From an uncultured delta proteobacterium (GTDB lineage: Bacteria; Desulfobacterota; Binatia; Binatales; Binataceae), in contig CAWEEQ010000004.1 of the NCBI GenBank assembly GCA_963808235.1, positions 3,072,001-3,136,000 on the forward strand: 64,000 nt of DNA. Direction: 5' to 3'. Below the pieces are notes generated by a model that saw only the letters and a program-made list of their open reading frames with translations, ran no database searches and was not told where the DNA came from. The position numbers were made by a program, and so were the translations under genes. Of this stretch, positions 48,984-57,464 are shown piece after piece (position 1 is the first letter of the stretch; each line of letters opens with the position of its first letter).

Positions 48984-49815
48984 TCAGCGCGATCCCTTCA
49001 CTCGTCCCCACTCGATTCGCGTCTGCACCGCGAAAGTGAGCATCCCCTTCCGCGCGTATGCCTGTTAGCAGCGCCGTCATCGCTGCGTCGAATTCAGCGC
49101 ACGCCTTCTCGCCAAGAACATCCTCCGACCACGTCGCGCGCGAATGCTGACAGCGCAGGTAATCCTCGATGCTCTGCGAGAACATGACCGGCGCGGAAAT
49201 CCGATGCTCAATTCGCTCGAACGCCGGATGCACCAGTATCGGCTCGGCAAATCGTTCGCTCACGGTCTTCCACCACTTCGGACGCCGTCCCTCGCGCGCG
49301 GCGACAAAGTCGATCATGAACGCGGTTTCTTCGCGCTCCCATGGCGCATCGACGGGAGCGTCTCCATCGAGCACCGCCAACATCGCGCCGTCGGCCAACG
49401 CATCGCCAAAGCGCGGCAGCACGCGATCGAGATCCATCCAATGGATACTCGATGCGGCCACGATCAACCCATAAGGCGGATCGAGCGAAGCATTCTCCAT
49501 CGTGGAGTGAATCCATCGGATTTTAAGGCTGTTCGCGCCCGCAAGAGAGCGCGCCACCCCTAGCATCGCCTCCGACGGATCCACCGCGTCAGCGCGATCG
49601 ACGTGATCGATCATGCCAAGCGTGATCTTCCCCGTGCCGCATCCCGCGTCAAGCAAAATCCGCGGACGCCCGCTCATCAGCTCCAGGAGCTTGTCATACA
49701 CCTCCGCCGGATAAGGAGGCCGAAACAAATAATTCTCCGCCATCCGCGCGGCAGAAAACCGCCGCCCCCGCGCCCGAAACGCCGCAACCTCGTCACTCAC
49801 GATTTCGGCATCCAT
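48984..49815 (-). CDS. Class I SAM-dependent methyltransferase (+1 frameshift near 49061)
   Basis: RPPYP, LDAGCGTG, VDPSEAM, SIHWMD; the restored C-terminus ends ...TRIEWGRVKGSR*. Confidence 0.85.
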
Positions 49816-49838
49816 TTCCTTGCGTCGATAGTTTTCGC

Positions 49839-49999
49839 GTCATCTCAAGTTTTCCCGTCATCTCAAGTTTTCCAGTCATCTCAAGTTTTCCGTCATCTCA
49901 AGTTTTTTCCGTCATCTCAAGTTTTTCCGTCATCTCAAGTTTTCCAGTCATTTCAAGTTTTTCCGTCATCTCAAGTTTTCCGTCATCTCAAGTCTTTGT
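49839..49999 (+). repeat. Tandem array of nine 17-19-bp units GTCATCTCAAGTTTT(T)CC
   Basis: Unit starts at 49839, 49857, 49875, 49892, 49911, 49929, 49947, 49965 and 49982. Confidence 0.95.
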
Positions 50000-50038
50000 G
50001 TCATCCCGAGCGAAGCCGAGGGACCCCGGATCTTTCTC
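50000..50038 (+). repeat. REP-like family A copy
   Basis: GTCATCCCGAGCGAAGCCGAGGGACCCCGGATCTTTCTC. Confidence 0.85.
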
Positions 50039-50108
50039 AGTGCTTACCTCACCACGCCCTGCAGAGTCATCTCTATGTGCCAACACGATCTCCTCGCTCC
50101 CTCCGCCC

Positions 50109-51420
50109 TCACTCCTCCCCATCCATCGCCCGTACCGCCAACCCTCTCGCGACCGACGTAAACTCATCACCCATCCGAATTCTCTCCGCTCCGAATCTCT
50201 CCATAAAAATCCGCCGCACCGCCGGCACAAACGACGATCCTCCCGTCAAAAACACGCTGTCGATTCTCATCCGCCCCGATCGCAACCGCCTTCATCAACC
50301 GATCGACGCACTCCGCGATATGCCCCAAATAAGCGCGGATCCATCCCTCAAAATCCACCCGCGCCACAATCTCCTCGATCCGCACCGGCGGATCCGAAAA
50401 ATCGAACACTGTCGACTCAACGCCTGATAAATCGAGCTTGGTCTTTTCCACCGAACGAAACAAAAAATACCCGAGATCGTTCTCCACGATATGAATCAGC
50501 GCGCCGATCTTTTCCGGCTCGAACGATTCGCGCTTCAATTCTTCGAAACGGAGCATCGTGGCGCGCGCCTTCAGGAACGACAGGTAATGCCATCGTTCCA
50601 GCTTGGTGTACGGCCAGGTCGGCGCCGGCAACACCATCCCGTACGGCGAGCGGTATCGCGTGCCGCGGCCCAGCGCGGGCGCCACCAGATGACGCATCAC
50701 GCGGCCGTCGAACGCGTCGCCGGCGATTGCGACCCCGTCGTTGCCGAGGATTTCGTAGCGCGCCGCACCGTGCTTGGTCGCGGTGCGCGGTCGAAGGCGA
50801 AGCACCGAGAAGTCACTGGTCCCGCCGCCAAAGTCGGCAATCAGAACCGTCTCATCGCGCGCGATCCGCAGTGCGTAGTCATACGCCGCCGCAACCGGCT
50901 CGTACTCGAACGCCACGTCGCTCCATCCGGCGCGGCGAACTGCGATATCGAGACGGCTGCGCGCCAACGCCTCGTCGGGATTTCCGGCGGCCGCAAAATG
51001 CACCGGGCGGCCGACTACGATTCGCGGCGGCAACTCGCCGAATTGTGCGATCGCCGCGTCGCGCAGCGCCGAGATAATCGGCGCGATCAAGTCGCCGAGC
51101 GAATACATCTCGCCCATGATTTCGGTCGATTGAAACGATTTGTCCGCGAGAAACGACTTGAGCGATTGCACCAGACGCCCGTTGCCCCCGGCCGCCAGGT
51201 AGCGCCGAATTGCGTCGTTCCCGACCGCGACCGAAGCTTCCGTGCCGCCGGTTTCCTCCGGCGCCTCGAAGAACAGGATCGATCGGAATGTTTCCGTAAG
51301 CGCGCCACGCTCGGCATCGGGAAATTGCGCCAGGCGCGGCGCGCCCGCTTCGCCGACGATCGCGATCGCGCTGTTGGTGGTGCCGAAATCCAGACCGACC
51401 GCCCTTACTTTTTCGCTCAT
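50109..51420 (-). CDS. yegD: YegD-like Hsp70 family protein (+1 frameshift near 50265)
   Basis: GLDFGTTNS, GRPVHF, EPVAAA, DFGGGTSD; IDSVFLTGGSS...GDEFTSVARGL is in an adjacent frame. Confidence 0.9.
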
Positions 51421-51581
51421 CGGATCACTTTCCTCATGCGTTCACGATCGAGGGGATAGTGATCCTTGTCAACGTTGCGGGAACGGCATATGCTTGCCAA
51501 ACCCTCAGGATGACAACCGTCATCGATTCTGAAACTCGTCTCTAAGAAAAATTAACTCGCGGCGTCGTCAGCGGCGCGCGA

Positions 51582-51860
51582 TCAATACGCTTCGAAATTG
51601 TCCGAGTGGATCCGCGGATCGTCAGCGGCGATGCACTTCCCCGCCAACACGCGACTCTGCATCACAGAGTGGGTAACGTTCCCAGCAACGAGCACCGTCA
51701 GTTTATCAAGTTCCTTGCTGCACGCAGCGGCTGTGTCATAGGTACCAATAGTCTCCCACCGTGCAAGTGGAGCATTCTTCTCGACCAACTGGTGGTTTTG
51801 GGAAAGTGGCGGCATTATCAAGCACCAGCCCACAAGCGCCGCAAGGTGCCTTACATTCAT
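51582..51860 (-). CDS. Small secreted hypothetical protein
   Basis: HLAALVGWCLIMPP N-terminus; APLARW...C...CIAADDPR with a potential disulfide. Confidence 0.7.
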   Translation of the reverse strand: MNVRHLAALVGWCLIMPPLSQNHQLVEKNAPLARWETIGTYDTAAACSKELDKLTVLVAGNVTHSVMQSRVLAGKCIAADDPRIHSDNFEAY

Positions 51861-51989
51861 CTCATCTGGCTCAAACGATTGCGATATTCGCAAAATCCAT
51901 GTTCAGGTGGTTGCGTCCGGGAATTTTAGCAGATAACGACACTGATTACGGAGCACTCGATTTCGTGATGAACAAAATGAGATCGCAAA

Positions 51990-52409
51990 ATGAGATCGAT
52001 AGTTAAGCTGGTTGGCGGCGGCGTCGGACTCGCTTGCCTGCTGATCCTTGCTGCGGGATGCGGCGTGGAGGGCGAGGCCTATCAGCCGCGGCCGGTTTCG
52101 GCTGAGAAGAGCGTCATCTACATCTACCGGCCGTACAACGTTTTAGGTTCGAGCGCGGCTCCGATGATCACTTGCGGCCACGACAGTATCGAGATGGAAC
52201 CGGGCGGCTACTATTCCTTCGATCAGGAAACCGGAACCGTTAGCTGCGCGGTGGCGGACGATCCGAAGGCTGGCCTGAAGTTCGAGGCGCGTCCCGGCGA
52301 GCAGTACTTCATCAAGGAAGACGTCGATGGAGGCACGCACTTCATTATGATGGACGCCGCTGTCGGGTCGGAGGAAATCAAGGATTGCCGCCGGCAAGGA
52401 ATTAAATAG
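51990..52409 (+). CDS. DUF2846-like lipoprotein
   Basis: Lipobox AAGC; SVIYIYRP. Confidence 0.75.
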   Translation: MRSIVKLVGGGVGLACLLILAAGCGVEGEAYQPRPVSAEKSVIYIYRPYNVLGSSAAPMITCGHDSIEMEPGGYYSFDQETGTVSCAVADDPKAGLKFEARPGEQYFIKEDVDGGTHFIMMDAAVGSEEIKDCRRQGIK

Positions 52410-52439
52410 AGATTGCGCCGCCGGCAAGGAATTAAGTAG
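52383..52439 (+). repeat. Tandem duplication of a gene's 3' end
   Basis: GATTGCCGCCGGCAAGGAATTAAATAG followed by GATTGCGCCGCCGGCAAGGAATTAAGTAG. Confidence 0.85.
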
Positions 52440-52441
52440 TG

Positions 52442-53356
52442 ATGCCACGAATCGTCACCCTGCTCCCGAGCGCAACCGAGATAGTGTGCGCGCTCGGCTT
52501 CGAAGCGCAGTTGATCGGGCGTTCGCATGAGTGCGATTTCCCACCGTCTGTCGCCCGCCTGCCCGCATTGACCGAGGCGAAGTTCAATCCCGAAGGCAGC
52601 AGCGCGGAAATCGATAAGCGGGTGAAAAAGATCGTCGCCGATGCGCTCTCGGTCTATCGCGTCGATGCGACGAAGCTCCGCGAACTGCGCCCCGACGTGA
52701 TCGTCACGCAATCGCAATGCGAAGTCTGCGCGGTCAGCGAGCGCGACGTCGAAGCCGCGGTCGCTGAGTGGCTGGGCGCGCAACCGCGAATCGTTTCGCT
52801 CGCACCATATTCACTCGAGGACGTCTTCACCGATATGCAGCGCGTGGCGGACGCGCTCGACGCATCGGCGCGCGGCCTCGAACTCGTCGCGAGTTTGCGC
52901 GCTCGTCTGTCGGCAATCGCGGAAAAAGCGCACAACGCCGCGTCACGACCAGGGGTCGCGACTATCGAGTGGATCGATCCGTTGATGGCGGCGGGAAACT
53001 GGATGCCCACGCTGGTCGAGATGGCCGGCGGCTCGAATCTGTTCGGAAGAGCCGGTGAGCATTCACCTTGGATGAAATTCGAAGAACTGGCCGCGAAAGA
53101 CCCTGACCTAATCCTGATCTCGCCATGCGGGTTCAACATGGATCGTGCGGCGAAAGATCTGCCGACGCTGACCAATCGCCCCGAATGGCCGCGCCTCAAA
53201 GCAGTGCGCAATCGACGCGTCTTCATGGCCGATGGCAATCAATACTTCAATCGTCCGGGTCCGCGAATCGCAGAGTCGATCGAAATTCTCGCCGAGATCG
53301 TGCATCCCGACTTGTTCCACTTCGGGCACGAAGGCTCCGGCTGGCGCCGATTGTAA
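52442..53356 (+). CDS. BtuF/TroA-like binding protein without a signal peptide
   Basis: RIVTLLPSATE, RSHECDFP, QCEVCA, FNRPGPR. Confidence 0.88.
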   Translation: MPRIVTLLPSATEIVCALGFEAQLIGRSHECDFPPSVARLPALTEAKFNPEGSSAEIDKRVKKIVADALSVYRVDATKLRELRPDVIVTQSQCEVCAVSERDVEAAVAEWLGAQPRIVSLAPYSLEDVFTDMQRVADALDASARGLELVASLRARLSAIAEKAHNAASRPGVATIEWIDPLMAAGNWMPTLVEMAGGSNLFGRAGEHSPWMKFEELAAKDPDLILISPCGFNMDRAAKDLPTLTNRPEWPRLKAVRNRRVFMADGNQYFNRPGPRIAESIEILAEIVHPDLFHFGHEGSGWRRL

Positions 53357-53362
53357 CCCCAC

Positions 53363-54277
53363 CTACTTTTTCGAGAGATACGCCATCCCGACGCGCGCAG
53401 GCGTCAGTTTGATCCCGAACTCCTTCAACAGCAGTTGGTTGTCGCAGGCGTTGTCGGCGGTGACGAATGTAACCGCGTCGCGAGACAGCAACGGCTTGGG
53501 CAGCCTTTCCAAAAGCCCGCCGACCGCACGCATAACAGTTTCCGGAATATGAAACAGCAGCCGGCGATGACCGCTCGCGTCCATGATGACTTCCATCATC
53601 TGGTCGAAGGTCATCAGATCGGGACCGCCAATATCATAAGTCTCATTGCGGCCGCGCCCCGACAGCGCCAGCGCGACGCACGCCGCGAGATCATCGACCA
53701 GCACCGGCTGCACCCATTGCTGCCCAGTGCCTGGCACGCCAAACACCGGCGCATAGCGCAGCGCGCGCGCCAATCCATTGACGACCTTGTCCTCGGGGCC
53801 GTAGACGAGTGACGGGCGGAAGATCGTGAAAGTCAGACCCGACCCGCGAATCACGCGCTCGGCGCGTCCCTTGGCGCAAAAGCCGGGATGAGGGCTGTTC
53901 TCGTCCGCTGCGGCGCCGCTGATGTAGATGAACTGATCGACGCCGGCTTGTTTGGCCGCAGCGACCAGCGCGACCGTGCCGCCGTAGTCGATTCGCTCGA
54001 AGGTGAGGCCTCGGCGCGGATTTTCGATCGGGTAACCGTCGAACTGGATCGCATCGACGATCGCGCTCGCACCGGCGAGCGAGTCCTTGAGCGTCGATCT
54101 GTCAACAATATCGCCGCGAACGAACTCAAGGCCCGGCAAGTCAAGTCGCGCTCGCGCCGCGTCGGGATTTCGCGTGAGCACGCGTACTTTTATCTCACCC
54201 GTGGCGGCGAGCCGGCGCGCGATCGCACGTCCGATAAATCCTGAGCCACCAGCTATGACAACGGTTTTTGCTGGCAT
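53363..54277 (-). CDS. NAD(P)-dependent atypical SDR (NDUFA9-like)
   Basis: GGSGFIG, RPSLVYG. Confidence 0.88.
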   Translation of the reverse strand: MPAKTVVIAGGSGFIGRAIARRLAATGEIKVRVLTRNPDAARARLDLPGLEFVRGDIVDRSTLKDSLAGASAIVDAIQFDGYPIENPRRGLTFERIDYGGTVALVAAAKQAGVDQFIYISGAAADENSPHPGFCAKGRAERVIRGSGLTFTIFRPSLVYGPEDKVVNGLARALRYAPVFGVPGTGQQWVQPVLVDDLAACVALALSGRGRNETYDIGGPDLMTFDQMMEVIMDASGHRRLLFHIPETVMRAVGGLLERLPKPLLSRDAVTFVTADNACDNQLLLKEFGIKLTPARVGMAYLSKK

Positions 54278-54290
54278 CAGATTTCCCCGG

Positions 54291-55673
54291 CTACTGGCTT
54301 CGCCAATCTGGCGAGAACCGGGCGCGCGCGATGAATTCGCCGCGGCCGCGGGTCGCATCGACCTTGCGATCAGCAGCTATCGCAACGCCGCGCGAGATTG
54401 TCAGCCTTGGCCAACCATTAACTTCGAATCCTTCGAAGGGATCGTAGTCTGACCGGGAGTGCATCTCGCGGCTCTTGATCACGACGGTTCGCTTCGGATC
54501 GAAAACCACCAGGTCGGCGTCGGCGCCTTCGACGATCGCGCCCTTTTTCGGATACATGCCGAAAATTTTCGCCGCATTGGTTGCGATCAGTTCGACCCAT
54601 CGCGAGATCGAAAGCCGTCCTTTCGCGACGCCTTCGGAATAGAGCATCGGCACCAGGGTTTCGAGATTCGACATCCCCGGCATCATGCGCGTGAAACGAT
54701 CCGCGGACAGCTTGTTCGCGAGCGACCAGCTGCAATGATCGGTCGCGACCACGTCGATGGTGCCGTCGGAGAGCGCTTCCCAGATTGCGTCGCGATGCTC
54801 CGCGCTGCGCAGCGGCGGATAGCCGACATACTTTGCGCCGTCCTTTTCGAGAAACCGTTCTTCAGTCAAGTAGAGATAGATCGGCCGCGTTTCCGCAAGT
54901 ACAGCGCGGCCGGATGCGCGTGCGCGCCGAATTTCAGCGATCGCGTCGCGACTCGACAGATGAACGAAGTAGGCGGGCGCTCCGGACAACTCGGTCATCG
55001 CAAGTGCGCGCCTGACCGCGGCGGCTTCCGAGAGCGGCGGGCGACTGGCGGCGAAATGAGTGACATCGGCCTTGCCGGCGGCGAGCAGGCGTTCGGTGCA
55101 GAACCCAATCAGGTGCTCGTCCTCGGCGTGAATCGTGAGCATCGCACCACTTTCGGCGGCGACTTTGAACGCGCGGAGGTAATCGCGCGCACGATTTTCG
55201 AAACCCAACATCATAAAGATTTTGAAACTCGTGACGCCGCGATCGACGACGCGCGGAATTTCCGCGATCGCTTCCTGGGTTGGATCGAGCAGCGCGACAT
55301 GAAATCCGTAGTCGATCATCGCGTGGTCGTGCGCCTTCGCATTCCATTTTTCGATCGCGCCGGCAAGCGATCCGCCTTGCGCCTGAAATGCGTAATCGAC
55401 AATCGTCGTGACGCCTCCGGCGGCGGCCGCGACCGTGCCCGATTCAAAGTCATCGATCGTGTGCAGCGAAAACATTTCCGCATCGAGATGCGTATGCGGA
55501 TCGACCGCGCCTGGAATCAGCAGCATGTCGTGCGCGTCGATCGTGCGATGCGCTGATTCGAGCGTGCCGGGCGGCGCGACTCTTGCGATTTTTTCTCCGC
55601 TTACGCCGACATCGCCAAGTGCCACGCCCGAGGGCGTTACGATTGTTGCGCCGACGATCGCGAGATCGAGCAT
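54291..55673 (-). CDS. hydA: Dihydropyrimidinase / D-hydantoinase
   Basis: PGAVDPHTH, GGVTT, SFKIF, IHAED, VHLS, ATDH. Confidence 0.9.
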   Translation of the reverse strand: MLDLAIVGATIVTPSGVALGDVGVSGEKIARVAPPGTLESAHRTIDAHDMLLIPGAVDPHTHLDAEMFSLHTIDDFESGTVAAAAGGVTTIVDYAFQAQGGSLAGAIEKWNAKAHDHAMIDYGFHVALLDPTQEAIAEIPRVVDRGVTSFKIFMMLGFENRARDYLRAFKVAAESGAMLTIHAEDEHLIGFCTERLLAAGKADVTHFAASRPPLSEAAAVRRALAMTELSGAPAYFVHLSSRDAIAEIRRARASGRAVLAETRPIYLYLTEERFLEKDGAKYVGYPPLRSAEHRDAIWEALSDGTIDVVATDHCSWSLANKLSADRFTRMMPGMSNLETLVPMLYSEGVAKGRLSISRWVELIATNAAKIFGMYPKKGAIVEGADADLVVFDPKRTVVIKSREMHSRSDYDPFEGFEVNGWPRLTISRGVAIAADRKVDATRGRGEFIARARFSPDWRSQ

Positions 55674-55691
55674 CGCGGCGGACCTCCGCGA

Positions 55692-56699
55692 CTAGACGTG
55701 CTTGCGATGCGGCCGGGGAGAGACTGGCCGCGGTGTTCGGCGGCGACGGACGCGTTTCGGCGGCCGCGATTTCCCGATCGGCGCAGCCTTGGCGCCATGA
55801 ACGCTTTCCACGAAAGGTGTCAGCGTGAAGCGCGATACTTCGGGCGGACAATTGATGCGGATGCGGAGCCAGAACGTGCCGAGACCGCGATTCGTATAGA
55901 TGTAGAAATCTTCGTAGCGGTTCAGGCCCGAGTAAAACTGTTTTCCGATTCTCAAAATCGACTTGAGCGGCGAACCGTAGAACGGAATCCGCACGACGCC
56001 GCCATGAGTGTGTCCGGAGAGCATCACGCCGGGTTTCAGATGCCGCGCGTACAGAGCGGTGTCGGGATTGTGCGCGAGAACGATTGTGCAGTCGGTGCTC
56101 TTTACGTCGGCGAACGCGCGTGCGGGCTCGGCGCGCCGCGACCACAGGTCGTCGATGCCGACCACCATCAACTCTTCGTTGCGAAGGGTGAGTCGACGGC
56201 TCTCATTGGCGAGCACATCGGCGCCGGCGCGCTTGAGCGCATCGGTGATTCGATCGGCCGACGACCAATGATCGTGATTGCCGAGAATCGCGATGACTCC
56301 GGACTGCGGCCGCAAATTCCTGAGCGCATCGCGAAACGCGCCGAGATAGCGATTCATTGTGTCGGGACCGGAAAAATAATCGCCGGTAAGAAACACGAGA
56401 TCGGGATGCTGCTGATTGATGGTCTCGACTGCGAGCGCCAATCGCTCGAGGTCCTCGTCGCGATCGACATGAAAGTCACTGATCTGACACGCGACGAGAC
56501 CGCGAAGCGCGCTCGGCAGATCGCGCACCGGCAGATCTACCGGCGACACTTGAATATCGTCGATCGTTCTCCGCCACATCCGATGCAACGGACGCAGCGC
56601 GAGCGGAGGCTTCACTCGCGCCGGCGCGACATGCTTGGCGGGCTTGTCGCGAACCGGCTTGTCGTGCGGCGAGTGGTCTATGAGTTCAGCGGTCGACAT
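55692..56699 (-). CDS. YkuE-like metallophosphoesterase
   Basis: SDFH, TGD, GNHD, AHNPD, SGHTHGG. Confidence 0.9.
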   Translation of the reverse strand: MSTAELIDHSPHDKPVRDKPAKHVAPARVKPPLALRPLHRMWRRTIDDIQVSPVDLPVRDLPSALRGLVACQISDFHVDRDEDLERLALAVETINQQHPDLVFLTGDYFSGPDTMNRYLGAFRDALRNLRPQSGVIAILGNHDHWSSADRITDALKRAGADVLANESRRLTLRNEELMVVGIDDLWSRRAEPARAFADVKSTDCTIVLAHNPDTALYARHLKPGVMLSGHTHGGVVRIPFYGSPLKSILRIGKQFYSGLNRYEDFYIYTNRGLGTFWLRIRINCPPEVSRFTLTPFVESVHGAKAAPIGKSRPPKRVRRRRTPRPVSPRPHRKHV

Positions 56700-56712
56700 C
56701 GAAACAGCAATA

Positions 56713-57414
56713 CTAGAATACTTCGACCAGCCTGCGAAAGGACGTGAGTTCGATAATCATCCCGTCAGCCTCCGCGATTTCCTCGTGCTCGAGTTCCCAG
56801 GTGTGCGGATGCGGTATATAAACGGCACGCAATCCCGCTCGCACCGCGGGATTGATATCCGACTTGGGGCTGTTGCCGATCATAAAAGTCGTGGACGGAT
56901 TCAGATCCGCATCGCGAACGAGTTGCCGGTACGCGTCGACGTCCTTCTCCCGCGGCGTCTCGACGCGATCGAACAGCGGCGCGAGTCCCGACCGCGCGAG
57001 CTTTTGCAATTGCTCGTCGCGCTGTCCCTTGGTGAACATCAGAAGCCGATGCCGCTGCGAGAGTTCGCGCAATGTCGGTTCGACGTCCGGCAGCAATGCG
57101 CAATCGCGATCGATCAGACACGCGCCGATTCGTTCGATCTCGTCGCGCAAGTTACTGTCCGACGGCGCAAGCTCCTGGGCCGCATGATGCAGCGCCATCA
57201 CGTAAGGCCGGCGTCCGTAGCCGAGCGATTTGATCAAGTGAATTTCAGCGCGGCGGACTGCGTCCTGAATTTTCACGCGAGAGAGGCCAAGGCCCGAGTT
57301 CTCGACCGCCGCAGCGAAGGAATCGAACGCCTCGAGAAAATGGATGTTCGAATCCCAGAGCGTATCGTCAGCGTCGAAAATCAGATTGAGAGAATCAGTC
57401 GCAGAAGAAGACAT
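56713..57414 (-). CDS. HAD-superfamily hydrolase
   Basis: FDADDTLW, TKG, IGNSPKSD. Confidence 0.92.
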   Translation of the reverse strand: MSSSATDSLNLIFDADDTLWDSNIHFLEAFDSFAAAVENSGLGLSRVKIQDAVRRAEIHLIKSLGYGRRPYVMALHHAAQELAPSDSNLRDEIERIGACLIDRDCALLPDVEPTLRELSQRHRLLMFTKGQRDEQLQKLARSGLAPLFDRVETPREKDVDAYRQLVRDADLNPSTTFMIGNSPKSDINPAVRAGLRAVYIPHPHTWELEHEEIAEADGMIIELTSFRRLVEVF

Positions 57415-57464
57415 CTATCTATAGGGTAGCTGCCCGCGACGAAGCGGGCAAATGAGTATCGAAA

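Noticed and set aside
49839-49999. Possible CRISPR array
   Set aside because: The units are contiguous with no unique spacers, are only about 18 bp long, and there are no cas genes.
49603-51077. Plus-strand ORFs 49603-50427 (SSQVF repeats) and 49998-51077
   Set aside because: They are translations of the tandem array and REP, antisense to the methyltransferase and yegD genes.
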